The notes beneath the pieces are model-generated. The model did no database searches. It was not told the DNA's origin and was given only the letters and a program-made list of their open reading frames with translations. Source: an uncultured Gammaproteobacteria bacterium (lineage in GTDB: Bacteria; Patescibacteriota; Patescibacteriia; UBA11705; DATKZF01). Taken from it: 64,000 nt of DNA. The stretch spans positions 71,331 to 135,330 of the forward strand of contig CAYPKD010000001.1 in NCBI GenBank assembly GCA_964411255.1, read 5' to 3'. Below, piece after piece: positions 18,024 through 28,449 of the stretch. Within the stretch, counting starts at the first letter, position 1. Each line of letters starts with the position of its first letter. Made by a program: the position numbers and the translations under genes.

Positions 18024-21000
18024 TTATTTTAATATCTGTTCTAATTTTGTATCAAATTCTGTACTCTTATTAATCTTAAAATTTGTTTTTATCATTTTAT
18101 TACCGATTCGCAAGACAATTAATTCTTCCCCAGGATATTCTAAAAATAATTCTTTAACCTTTTCAGCCAATTCCTTGCTAGCCCCTTTGGGATACTCTAT
18201 TGTAATATGCTTTGGCTGCTTGGTTGAATTAGAAGACTTTTTATATGATGAGTATCTGTTATTTTCATTTAATACAACCGGCCGATTTTGAAAATTATTA
18301 ACAATCATGTTTTTGTTTTGATCATTTATTTCATAGCCTTGATTAACCAAAACTTTCGGTTCTCCGTCTTTTAATGAAAACTTTCCCTCAACGATTAGAA
18401 CCTTTTCTTCCTGCCAAAGCGCCATTGTTTCCTGAAATATTTTTGGAAATACTAAAAGCTCCATACCAGTGATAGCATCTTCGATTCTGACAAAAAGCAT
18501 TGGATCTCCTTTTTTAGTTAAAATCTTTTTAATATTGGTGACCACACCTGCAATTCTGATTGGATAACTTTCTTCTTTTATTTTTTTTGCTTCAAATAAA
18601 CTGGTGGATATTGCTGATAATTCTTTTTCAAAAATTTTATAAGGATGTTCTGAAACATAAAGACCTAAAAATTCCCGCTCCCAGGATAATATAATCTTTT
18701 TATCAACCTCTTGCGCTCGACTTTCATCCAATAAAAGCTGGGGGCCAGAAGAAACGAACAGGGCAGCCTGTGTGCTGTTTTGATCCTTTTCCAGTTCTTT
18801 GAGAAAAAACAACATTTTGTCAATATTTTCATTTAAATAATTTCTTTTACCAAACCTATCAAGAGCTCCGCTTTTAATCAAACCTTCAATGGATTTTTTA
18901 TTTAAAACTTTATTGGTACATCTTTTCAAAAAATCTTCTAAAGAATTGAAAAGTCCATTGTCTTTTCTTTCTGTAATAATTGCTTTAGAAACATTTTCAC
19001 CAACATTTCTGATGGCTGAAAGGCCGAAGCGAATCTCTGGACGCTCAGTTGTTAAACTTTCTTTTACCACAGCAAACCGGCCAAAACTTTCATTTACATC
19101 AGGTGGTAAAATTTCAATACCCAGCTGGCTGCATTCATCAATCTCAATTGCAATTCTGTCCATATTATCCAGATCAGCAGTTAAGAGAGATGCCATAAAT
19201 TCAGCTGGATAATTTGCCTTTAAATAAGCGGTTCTATAAGCAATCAAAGCATAACAAGCTGCGTGACTCTTGTTAAAACAGTACTGGGCAAATGCTTCCC
19301 ATGTTTTCCAAACTTCCTTGGCAGTTTCTTTTGTAATTTTATTATTAACGCAGCCATTTATAAATTCATCTTTCATTTTGGCCATCAAATCAGCCTTTTT
19401 CTTTCCCACTGCCTTTCGTAAAGTATCAGCCTGCCCGCCGGTAAATCCAGCCATATCTTTTGACAAGGCCATCACTTGTTCTTGATAGACAGTAATACCA
19501 TAAGTACTGGATAGTGCCTTTTCCATTGACGAATGCAGATATTTAATTTTTTCTATGCCATGCTTTCTTTTAATAAAACTATCAATAAACTGCATCGGCC
19601 CTGGTCTATATAGGGCGACCATGGCAATAATATCTTCAAAACAAGTTGGCTTTAGCTGACGTAAATATCTTTTCATGCCACCAGATTCAAACTGAAATAT
19701 GCCAGTTGTTCTACCTAGTTGAAATAATTCATATGCTTTTTGGTCATCAAGCGAAATTTTTTCAATTGGCAACTCAATTTTGTGTACTGCTTCAATGATT
19801 TCAATTGCCTGTTCAATTATTGTTAAATTTTTTAATCCTAAAAAATCCATTTTTAGCAATCCAACGTCTTCAATTTTATCCATTGAATATTGAGATACAA
19901 TTGCTTCATCTCCGCCGCTGGTCGAATACTGGCATGGCACGAAATTATTCAAAGGTTCTGGGGCGATAACCACTCCGCAGGCATGAGTTGACGCATGCCT
20001 GGCAACTCCCTCAAGTTTTTTGGCAAAGTCCAAAAGCCGCTTAGCATCAGCGCTTGAATTATATACATCTCTAACTTCTGCCACTTTTTCTGTCGCATCG
20101 CTTAAATTCATTCCCATTGGAATCATTTTTGATATTTCATCGCAAAATGAATATGGCATGTCCAATACTCTGCCAACATCCCTGATAGCAGCCCTGGCAG
20201 CCATAGTTCCAAAAGTTATTATTTGTGCTACATGATCCTTGCCATACTTTTCTTCTGTATAGCGAAGTACCTCGTCTCTTCGCTTATCTGCAAAATCAGT
20301 ATCAATATCAGGCATTGATATTCTGTCTGGATTTAAAAATCTTTCAAAAAGCAATCCATATTCCATTGGGTCCAGATCTGTTATATTAGTTAAATAGGCA
20401 ACAATACTCCCTGCTGCTGATCCTCTGCCTGGCCCGACTGCAATACCCTGGCCTTTTGCCCAATTTATAAAATCCTGAGTAATTAAAATATAGGATGGGA
20501 ATCCCATTTTCTCTATTATTCCCAATTCATAATTCAGACGATCAACAATTTCTTTCTCTTTATCTGATTTTATATTATTAATATCAATTTTATATTTTTC
20601 CTTCAAACTGTTATTACAAAGATCTCTTAAAGTCTGCTCTGCTGTCTTTCCTTTTGGTAAATCATACCCTGGCAATAATATTTCGCCAAGCTTAATCTCA
20701 AGGTTACACATTTCAGCTACTTTATTGGTATTTTCAATTACTTCCAAATTACCCCGGAAAAAATCAGCCATCTGATCAGTAGTAAAAAATGAAAAGTCCT
20801 CACCCAGCATGGTCATTCTCTCTGTATCTGTAATTTTCTTTTTTGTCTGTAAACAAATTAAAATGTCATGGGCCTCTGCGTCTTCTGTATTTAAATAATG
20901 AACATCATTGGTGGCTACCACTGGAATACTATGTTTTTTTCCTAAATCAAAAATCGCAGCATTAACCTTTTTCTGCTCAGGCATATTTGGATGATGCTGA

Positions 21001-21518
21001 ACTTCTAAAAAATATCTGTCGCCAAAAAGCTGCTGATGCTTTTGTATAATCTCTTCTGATTTTTTCTCATCATTATTTAAAATTGCCCTTGGCAGCTCGC
21101 CCTGAAGGCAGGCGCTTAGGCAAATCAGTCCTTCTGAATGCTGTTGAAGAAGATTCCAGTCTATTCTTGGCTTATAATAAAAACCCTCCAGATGGGCAAT
21201 GGTTGTCAGTTTGATTAAATTTTTATAGCCTGCTTCATTTTGAGCAAGTAAAATTATATGGTACCTTCCGGTTCCAGTACTCGGATTCTTATCTTTGTGG
21301 TTAGTTAATGCCAAATATGCCTCAACACCAACAATAGGCTTAATATCTGCTGCCAAGCATTTTTGATAAAATTCAATAGCACCATACATTACACCATGGT
21401 CAGTCAATGCTAAGGCAGTCATACCGTCTTCTTTAGCCTTATTTACCAAATCATCAATTTTTACCAGGCCGTCAAGCAGGCTGTAATGGCTGTGAATATG
21501 TAAATGTGTAAATTTCAT
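18024..21518 (-). CDS. dnaE: DNA polymerase III alpha subunit
   Basis: HLHIHSHYSLLDG PHP domain, GRGSAAGS, PDIDTDF, FNKSHAACY; no intein apparent. Confidence 0.98.
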   Translation of the reverse strand: MKFTHLHIHSHYSLLDGLVKIDDLVNKAKEDGMTALALTDHGVMYGAIEFYQKCLAADIKPIVGVEAYLALTNHKDKNPSTGTGRYHIILLAQNEAGYKNLIKLTTIAHLEGFYYKPRIDWNLLQQHSEGLICLSACLQGELPRAILNNDEKKSEEIIQKHQQLFGDRYFLEVQHHPNMPEQKKVNAAIFDLGKKHSIPVVATNDVHYLNTEDAEAHDILICLQTKKKITDTERMTMLGEDFSFFTTDQMADFFRGNLEVIENTNKVAEMCNLEIKLGEILLPGYDLPKGKTAEQTLRDLCNNSLKEKYKIDINNIKSDKEKEIVDRLNYELGIIEKMGFPSYILITQDFINWAKGQGIAVGPGRGSAAGSIVAYLTNITDLDPMEYGLLFERFLNPDRISMPDIDTDFADKRRDEVLRYTEEKYGKDHVAQIITFGTMAARAAIRDVGRVLDMPYSFCDEISKMIPMGMNLSDATEKVAEVRDVYNSSADAKRLLDFAKKLEGVARHASTHACGVVIAPEPLNNFVPCQYSTSGGDEAIVSQYSMDKIEDVGLLKMDFLGLKNLTIIEQAIEIIEAVHKIELPIEKISLDDQKAYELFQLGRTTGIFQFESGGMKRYLRQLKPTCFEDIIAMVALYRPGPMQFIDSFIKRKHGIEKIKYLHSSMEKALSSTYGITVYQEQVMALSKDMAGFTGGQADTLRKAVGKKKADLMAKMKDEFINGCVNNKITKETAKEVWKTWEAFAQYCFNKSHAACYALIAYRTAYLKANYPAEFMASLLTADLDNMDRIAIEIDECSQLGIEILPPDVNESFGRFAVVKESLTTERPEIRFGLSAIRNVGENVSKAIITERKDNGLFNSLEDFLKRCTNKVLNKKSIEGLIKSGALDRFGKRNYLNENIDKMLFFLKELEKDQNSTQAALFVSSGPQLLLDESRAQEVDKKIILSWEREFLGLYVSEHPYKIFEKELSAISTSLFEAKKIKEESYPIRIAGVVTNIKKILTKKGDPMLFVRIEDAITGMELLVFPKIFQETMALWQEEKVLIVEGKFSLKDGEPKVLVNQGYEINDQNKNMIVNNFQNRPVVLNENNRYSSYKKSSNSTKQPKHITIEYPKGASKELAEKVKELFLEYPGEELIVLRIGNKMIKTNFKINKSTEFDTKLEQILK

Positions 21519-21556
21519 ATAACACGATTTTATCAAAAAATCACCTAATTCACAAA

Positions 21557-21680
21557 TGCCAGCCATCATGGCGCTGCGCGCAGCGCGTAAGGACAGGTCG
21601 CGACCTGTCCCTACAATCCGCCATCAGCGGATGCATGATGGCCGGCAAAAAAAAAACGTCCCGAGCGTAGCCGAGGGACT
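21557..21680. repeat. Composite of REP-like palindromes
   Basis: GTAAGGACAGGTCGCGACCTGTCCCTAC, GCGCTGCGCGCAGCGC and ATCCGC..GCGGAT nested within CCATCATG..CATGATGG, plus GTCCCGAGCGTAGCCGAGGGAC. Confidence 0.75.
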
Positions 21681-21704
21681 CCAAATTTTTACTTTTTGAT
21701 TTTC

Positions 21705-23669
21705 TTAAAATTCCACCCTAAACTCCATATCCTTTGCCATATCACCCTGCCACTCTACACTATCTCCTTTTCTATTAAAAATAGCACTTTGGCCTCTAAA
21801 CGGCTTTATAAATTTCATTTCCACACTCAATCCAGCCACATCTAATCCTGGTTGTTTTTGAATTATTAAATTATATTCCTTTTCCCGTAATTGATTTCTT
21901 ACCTTTTCCGGCAGTTTATAAACTATCTCAACTGTCTTTGACTCTTTTGGCTCTACTACAAAAAAGTATCCGAATGTTTGCTTTCCCAATTCTTCAAAAT
22001 TGTCAATCTCTGTCAAATCCACTAATTCATTATCAAAACGATAACTGATCAATTCACTTCCCAAAGGAACATATATTCGGTTATATGTGCGGTAACGGGT
22101 CGTTTTCCAGGTAAACTGGCCAGTGTTTTCATAAAATAGCTTCACTTTGGCATATAGACCGTCTTCCTTTTCCTCCAAATAATAATGATAACTTCGATTC
22201 ATTGTAGAATCAGTCTTTAAAGCAGCTAAATTTGCGTCAACTACTGCCAAATAATCATCATCACCCATATACACTTCACCTGTCCAGTTTAAGTCTGAAA
22301 TCTGATTCTGAACATCTGTTTGCTTTAAATATAATAATAAATGCTTTTCCTCGAGATTTTGCTCAATTGAACTTAGTAATCTTACCCATTCGCTTCTGGG
22401 AAGATTAAAAAGCCGGTTCAATATTTCTTTAGACAAATCACCAATAATCGCTTTTCTTTCAGCTTCAGGAATGCCTTCTTCAGCAAAGCCTTTTTCAACT
22501 TCAAACTGAAGCTTTTCAGTAAAATTTCCTTGGGTAAATGAGATTCCATCAACTTCAATCGGACCAGTTATATCAAGCAAGCTTTCAATAAAAGTCTGAT
22601 CAATCGCTACCACGCCGTCAATCTGATGAACTGGGCCGTTTTCTAAATGATAAAAATTTTCAACTTTTTTTGCTGAAGTCGGATAGTCATGCCACCAGTT
22701 TGCATCTCGCATAAACCAATAATCTTGCTTCATGTAATCCTTAAACTGTTTTGGTGTAGGAATTTTAAGATAAGGTCTGGCAGGATAATCAATATTATAA
22801 ATATTATCAGTGAAAAAACTTAAAAATTCAGCATCTTTTACTTTTATAATTCCATATGTACCGATAAATCCTCCGCCTGGTCTGAGCTCATCATTATTTT
22901 GTAGTAAAAACAAATAATTTTGCTGTCTGTCATAGCCCATTATGTCTGGTAAAATCTTCCCATAAACAGCTATTTCTCTAAAAAGCGGTTCATACTTCGG
23001 TAAATCTTCGCTGATTGGACTGGCTGCTGCTTTAATTAATGGAAAAATCGGCCGGTCATTGAATTCATCAAGCTGTACCATTGCTAGCTCAAGCTTGTCC
23101 CTTATTGAATCAAGCTGCGGACCTGCTTTCTTTAATGCTCCTAAAATTTCGTGCTTTTGCTGAACTGATATATTTTGAAAACTTAAATCTTCTGTTTGTA
23201 AAATATCAATAAAAGTAATTCCAAGACGCGATACTTCTAAAAGCGAATCAGAAATCTGCTCACCTATTTCTAATAAATCATCGATTCCTAAAAGCTGCTG
23301 ATGAATATAATTGATTCTTTTATAATAACTGCCTAAAAGCGGATGTAATTCTTCCCGGGCATGAGCAAATCTGTCAGAGGCTTCTGTTAAAGGCTGTTCG
23401 GCCTTGTCAAATTCCGCATTTTCCAAATAATTTTGAGCTAATTTTACATTTTCTGCTGCTGCATGGACATCCAGATAAACGGTTTTGAATGTTGAAAAAT
23501 AAGGCAGGAATAAAATTGCTAAACTGACAATTGCCACAATTAAAAAAATGCCGATCGCAACTAAAATGGACGGCATTACTCTTAACACTCCAATAAAAAA
23601 TTTTCCAACAGCCTTCAGGCCTTTCTTTTTATTTTCTTCTACTAATTCATTGTTATATTGTTCAAGCAT
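21705..23669 (-). CDS. DUF4012 domain membrane protein
   Basis: YLFLLQNNDELRPGGGFIG, RDANW, IDGVVAID motifs; N-terminal TM. Confidence 0.88.
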   Translation of the reverse strand: MLEQYNNELVEENKKKGLKAVGKFFIGVLRVMPSILVAIGIFLIVAIVSLAILFLPYFSTFKTVYLDVHAAAENVKLAQNYLENAEFDKAEQPLTEASDRFAHAREELHPLLGSYYKRINYIHQQLLGIDDLLEIGEQISDSLLEVSRLGITFIDILQTEDLSFQNISVQQKHEILGALKKAGPQLDSIRDKLELAMVQLDEFNDRPIFPLIKAAASPISEDLPKYEPLFREIAVYGKILPDIMGYDRQQNYLFLLQNNDELRPGGGFIGTYGIIKVKDAEFLSFFTDNIYNIDYPARPYLKIPTPKQFKDYMKQDYWFMRDANWWHDYPTSAKKVENFYHLENGPVHQIDGVVAIDQTFIESLLDITGPIEVDGISFTQGNFTEKLQFEVEKGFAEEGIPEAERKAIIGDLSKEILNRLFNLPRSEWVRLLSSIEQNLEEKHLLLYLKQTDVQNQISDLNWTGEVYMGDDDYLAVVDANLAALKTDSTMNRSYHYYLEEKEDGLYAKVKLFYENTGQFTWKTTRYRTYNRIYVPLGSELISYRFDNELVDLTEIDNFEELGKQTFGYFFVVEPKESKTVEIVYKLPEKVRNQLREKEYNLIIQKQPGLDVAGLSVEMKFIKPFRGQSAIFNRKGDSVEWQGDMAKDMEFRVEF

Positions 23670-23762
23670 GGGTATTTTTGTTACGAGATATACAAGATCC
23701 ACATAATATCTTGTATATAAATCTTGCCTGCCTCGAGCGTAGTCGAGAGGTACATCTTGTAA

Positions 23763-24557
23763 TTAACTTTTCCGATACTTCCACATGTACTTCAACCAAC
23801 TCTGAATATGAATCCTGGTTAATTTATTTGAAAACACCTGATACCAGCTATTATCTGCAGATTCTCTGCGGTGAAGATGAATTACTTGGCTTTCAGGATA
23901 AAATACCACCTTTTTTCCTAATCTCGTAATTTTCCTACATAAATCCATATCTTCCATATACATAAAATACCTTTCATCAAAATAATTTATCTGCTTTAAC
24001 AAATTACTTGAACAAATAAAGCATGAGCCTTGTATCCAGTCTATTTCCTTTGTCGTCCGCCGATCCCAGTTTGTCATTAAAAATTCATCCAGATGTTTTT
24101 TTCCCATCTTTGTTTTGCCTAAAAATGTTCGCCGATAAATCGGCGTGGTCCATTTATGGAAGCGGTAGCTGGTGTCTTGCAAACTGCCATCTGGATTATT
24201 TATCCGAGGCGCAACTAAACCGACATTATTTATCTCCTCGCTTTTAATATAATTATACAACTTTATTATAGAATTGTCTTTAACAAAAATATCAGGATTC
24301 ATTATTAATATATATTTACCATTCGCTGCTTTTATGCCTGCATTATTTCCACCAGCAAATCCCAGATTTTTACCTACCTGAATAAATCTAACCTGAGGAT
24401 ATTTTTCATTTATCATTTTTTCAATATTGTCCTGTGAATCATTGTCAACCACAATAACCTCAGTTCGTTCTGGTAAGTCACTCTTCAATAAATCTTTTAG
24501 CACAAATTGAACTAAATTTTTATTTTTATAAGTTAAAATTATTATTGATAATTCCAT
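23763..24557 (-). CDS. Glycosyltransferase family 2 (rhamnosyltransferase-like)
   Basis: VVDNDSQD, NLGFAGGNN, MNPD, FMYMEDMDLC. Confidence 0.93.
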   Translation of the reverse strand: MELSIIILTYKNKNLVQFVLKDLLKSDLPERTEVIVVDNDSQDNIEKMINEKYPQVRFIQVGKNLGFAGGNNAGIKAANGKYILIMNPDIFVKDNSIIKLYNYIKSEEINNVGLVAPRINNPDGSLQDTSYRFHKWTTPIYRRTFLGKTKMGKKHLDEFLMTNWDRRTTKEIDWIQGSCFICSSNLLKQINYFDERYFMYMEDMDLCRKITRLGKKVVFYPESQVIHLHRRESADNSWYQVFSNKLTRIHIQSWLKYMWKYRKS

Positions 24558-24619
24558 ATACTTTCAATCCCTCCATATTATTTCCTGTAATATCCCTAAC
24601 ATTCCGTAAATCCGTAACC

Positions 24620-25597
24620 TCAAACAAACCATTTCTCAATCTCAGCAAACTCCACTTTTTTTCTATCCATAATATATTTTTTCTTATCCAAAAACTTTTT
24701 TTTATTATGTCTGATTTCTTTTATTGCCCGCAAACTACCCTGTTCAGCAAAGAGAATATACAAAAATTTCTTTATTTCATATAATCTTATTCGCCAATTG
24801 AGTTTTGGTACATTTTTTAGTAATAAATAACGATGGTTTCTATAAGAATGGAAATTGGCAAATTTGGGCTTTTGCTTTCGGTTGCTTGCAACTTGTCGAT
24901 CAGTTAAATTTGCAGCTGGTCCGCTGACTGACCGGTCATGAAAAGCTATTGCCTTTGGCATTCGCCAGGATTGCCATCCTCTCCAGCGGAGTCGGTAAGC
25001 TAAATCAATATCTTCTTTATACATCCAAAAATCTTCATCAAAAAACTGTCCGTTTTCAACCACATCTTCCAATGCCTGCCGTCTATACATCGGCGCTGCT
25101 CCTGATACTCCAAAAATCTCTTGATCTTTATCAAATTGGCCATTATCCATTTCACCGCTGCCCAGATCAACAATGCGATGATTTTTATATATTGCCAAAC
25201 CTGCGCTATCTATATAATTTGTTTTTTGCTTATTTTGCCAGCTCATTAGCTTGCCAGTCACTGCCCCAGCCTGCGGGTGTCCATCCATAAAATTTGCCAA
25301 CTTTTCAATAAAACGTGATTCTAATATAATATCCTGATTTAACATTAATACATAGTCACTTTTTGTCCAGTGCACTGCCTGATTATGGGCTTTGGCAAAA
25401 CCATGATTTTCCCGATGCTCAACAATTTTTATATGAGGATATTTTTCCTTAATAACTTCAACTGTATTGTCTGTAGAAAAATTATCAATAATCAAAAGAC
25501 TATAGTCCTTATAGGTCTGGTTGAATAAGGCTTTTAAACAGTCTAAAACATATCTTTCACCATTCCAGGTGACTAAATTTACAGAGACTTTTGACAT
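24620..25597 (-). CDS. Glycosyltransferase family 2
   Basis: IIDNFSTD, NHGFAKAHN, LNQD, FWMYKEDIDL. Confidence 0.93.
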   Translation of the reverse strand: MSKVSVNLVTWNGERYVLDCLKALFNQTYKDYSLLIIDNFSTDNTVEVIKEKYPHIKIVEHRENHGFAKAHNQAVHWTKSDYVLMLNQDIILESRFIEKLANFMDGHPQAGAVTGKLMSWQNKQKTNYIDSAGLAIYKNHRIVDLGSGEMDNGQFDKDQEIFGVSGAAPMYRRQALEDVVENGQFFDEDFWMYKEDIDLAYRLRWRGWQSWRMPKAIAFHDRSVSGPAANLTDRQVASNRKQKPKFANFHSYRNHRYLLLKNVPKLNWRIRLYEIKKFLYILFAEQGSLRAIKEIRHNKKKFLDKKKYIMDRKKVEFAEIEKWFV

Positions 25598-25610
25598 AAT
25601 CATTAAAGTC

Positions 25611-25692
25611 GCTACATAATCTACAGATCTGTTACTGATGTTACAGATATCTGTAGTATCTGTAGCGGATCTGTAGATCTCGTAGTATCTAA
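25611..25692. repeat. Inverted pair of ~9-mer tandem arrays
   Basis: CTACAGAT-type units followed by ATCTGTAG-type units. Confidence 0.65.
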
Positions 25693-25693
25693 A

Positions 25694-27193
25694 TTATTTT
25701 CTCACCTTTGGCGTTACAAAAAATCCCAAATACTTGCCAAACATAAGCCGCGTCTGCGCTTCAGCCGCAGGGATTGATCCAAAAACAATTAAAGTAATTG
25801 GCAGCAATATCCATTGTAAAAGCATTACTAAATATTTAAATCGACTATGCGTTTTCGGTCTGGGCGGAAGCAACAAAATGCTTAATATAGCAGAAACCAA
25901 AATTCCAGCCATGGCAATGGTCATTAACCATTCTAATACAAAAGGTGCATTCTGCACAAGTACATTTGAAGACTCTGGCTGATACTGTACCCACCAAAGC
26001 GGCAGCCGTCCGAGAATAAATATTAGAATCGGCGCAGTTACCCATGAATACATTCCTTCGGTAATATTAAATAAATACTTGAACCGCTTGGCAAATGGAA
26101 TTTTATCCTTTTTATGTTTAAAATGCCAGACCATGTATGGAAAATGCTCAACCCCATATCCCCATCTTCTCTGCTGCTTATATAAATTTTTAAAATTGTC
26201 CCAATAGCTATCGGCCAATACAGCATCCATTGAAACAGGAATATGAATCGGCGTCACTGAATAATCTCCATTGTATTTCATAAATCCCTGCAGGAATATT
26301 CTAGAATCATCAGTCACTATATCATGCTGCCAAAAATCAACATCAACCAAAGCCTTCCAGCTCATGCTGTGTGAAGAAAAGGTAAAAAGCCTCTCTGGCC
26401 GCAGTAAATCTGATAAAAGCCAAAAAACTGTACCAAAAGCTGTCACTCGGGTGGCAATAGGCGCATCCCATATATTATTACTATATAAAACCGCTGGCTG
26501 GTATGATGTTCTTGTTGGATTTGGATGAGTTAAATATTTATATGCTAAACAGGCAAAATATTTTGGATGAACCACTGTATCAATATCAAAATATGAAACT
26601 ATAATATTTTCATACGGGATTTTCCATTTATTATCTATCAATTTTTTAACTTCGCGTCCTGCATATGCGGCATTCGCTCCCTTGGCCTTCATCTCTCCTT
26701 CCACTCCATCTGGATGTAAAGTTATAACAAATTTATAAAATTTGTCACCGTACTTTTGTTTTATCTGCTTTGAAACTTTTTCAAATTGTTCTTTTACTCT
26801 TTCTTCTCCTGCTAAAACAATGATGACTTTGTCTAAAGGATAAGTTGCATTAATCAAATTTTTAAAAGTAGTATCCAGGACTTCAAAAGGTTCGCCATAA
26901 GTAGGTAAAAAAACTAAATGATATATCTTTTCCCAGTCTGGAATTTTCTTCACTGCTGCTACCCAGTCATATTTAATGGCTTTGCGGTATTTTCTCCAGG
27001 CAAATGCAATATAAAAAATAAAATACGAAACCCTAAACACCCAATAAAGGTCAAATGCGATTATAAAATAAATAGCCCAAATTGGTTTTATAAATGACAA
27101 AACAATTGCGCCAATAAAAGTTGCCCAAATCAAACTACCTGGAATTACTTCCAGGAATCTGTAATATTTTGATTTTGGAGGATTCGTAGCCAT
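25694..27193 (-). CDS. Processive-type membrane GT2 glycosyltransferase
   Basis: DID, TDD and QQRRW (D,D,D,QxxRW) motifs; TM segments at both ends. Confidence 0.88.
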   Translation of the reverse strand: MATNPPKSKYYRFLEVIPGSLIWATFIGAIVLSFIKPIWAIYFIIAFDLYWVFRVSYFIFYIAFAWRKYRKAIKYDWVAAVKKIPDWEKIYHLVFLPTYGEPFEVLDTTFKNLINATYPLDKVIIVLAGEERVKEQFEKVSKQIKQKYGDKFYKFVITLHPDGVEGEMKAKGANAAYAGREVKKLIDNKWKIPYENIIVSYFDIDTVVHPKYFACLAYKYLTHPNPTRTSYQPAVLYSNNIWDAPIATRVTAFGTVFWLLSDLLRPERLFTFSSHSMSWKALVDVDFWQHDIVTDDSRIFLQGFMKYNGDYSVTPIHIPVSMDAVLADSYWDNFKNLYKQQRRWGYGVEHFPYMVWHFKHKKDKIPFAKRFKYLFNITEGMYSWVTAPILIFILGRLPLWWVQYQPESSNVLVQNAPFVLEWLMTIAMAGILVSAILSILLLPPRPKTHSRFKYLVMLLQWILLPITLIVFGSIPAAEAQTRLMFGKYLGFFVTPKVRK

Positions 27194-27213
27194 AAATCGT
27201 ATTTTTCATAATT

Positions 27214-28350
27214 TTATTGAAGAAAAAACTCTTCTACCAAGGTTACTATAATACCCAAAACAAACAAAATAATCAAGCCCCAACCCAATACTTTAAATTT
27301 TGGCAAATTATACTCAGGTTTTCGTTCTTTTGACTTTTTCGCTTTCCAATAAGTTAAAATCATTATGACCCCAGTCAAACCAACTGCCACACTTCCCACA
27401 ATTGTTATAGTTTTTATAAAAAATCTGTTTCCTAATAAAAATATTATCAAAGGCACAAAAGAAACAATTAGCCAGGAATAAATCCTGTTCAATCTAAAAT
27501 CATATCTGAAAAGTTGATAAGTGGCCACTCCAATTGCTAAAAAACTGGTGAACATAGACAAAATGGCAAATAGATTTGCCCAAAATAAAATTTTCGGTCC
27601 TAAAGTTTCACCTAATCCCACAGTAGCAATTTCTGTCGTATCCAAACCGGTTAGGCCAACAATCAAATACGCAAATAAAGTATAAAGCACTATTGGAATA
27701 ACACAAGCTAAAACAATGGCGCTTTTTATTTTTTTTCTGTCCTTATCTAAAATTTTTCGAACCGAATATATTGAATAAATACCACCATATGCAAACAATA
27801 ATACTCCATATGGTACAAAAAATTGGCTTAGATCTATGCTTGATAAATTCTGATAATCAATATTTGGACAAATTATTATAGCAATAATAATAATTGCCAC
27901 AAGTAATAATAACATCATTATTAATTCTGCTGCCTTTACTATTTTCAGACCAAGCCAAATAAACAGCGCTCCTATCGCTACAAAAATCAAACTATACCAA
28001 AATGAATTACCGCCAATAATTGCCTGAACAGCTAAGCCAATACCAATCACATAAGCAACCAGCGCTCCAAAATTAGCAAACAGCATTGAAAAGCCTTCCA
28101 CTGCACCTGCCCATTTGCCCACATACTTTTTTGCATATCCCATTAGCTGGTGGCGAATCCTTGATCTTAAAATTATTTCTCCCATCATTAAATTGACAAC
28201 CATGATTGCCAGACCAAGTAAAATAATCATCACTAAACCAGGCCAAAATCCAAATCTGGAAATAGCATATGGTATTCCTAAAATTCCAGCGCCAACAATT
28301 GTACCGATTAATGTGGCCACTGCCTGCCAGTATGAGTAATTTATTTTCAT
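27214..28350 (-). CDS. Aromatic amino acid permease family transporter
   Basis: GTIVGAGILGIP, YGVLLFAY, TSFL; about 11 TM segments. Confidence 0.88.
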   Translation of the reverse strand: MKINYSYWQAVATLIGTIVGAGILGIPYAISRFGFWPGLVMIILLGLAIMVVNLMMGEIILRSRIRHQLMGYAKKYVGKWAGAVEGFSMLFANFGALVAYVIGIGLAVQAIIGGNSFWYSLIFVAIGALFIWLGLKIVKAAELIMMLLLLVAIIIIAIIICPNIDYQNLSSIDLSQFFVPYGVLLFAYGGIYSIYSVRKILDKDRKKIKSAIVLACVIPIVLYTLFAYLIVGLTGLDTTEIATVGLGETLGPKILFWANLFAILSMFTSFLAIGVATYQLFRYDFRLNRIYSWLIVSFVPLIIFLLGNRFFIKTITIVGSVAVGLTGVIMILTYWKAKKSKERKPEYNLPKFKVLGWGLIILFVLGIIVTLVEEFFLQ

Positions 28351-28449
28351 ATCTAAATTCAATTTATCGATTTATAATTATTAAATATTTGAAAATTATA
28401 TCATTGAAAATTTTTTGCTAAATTGTTAAATTGGAAATTGAAAATTTTA

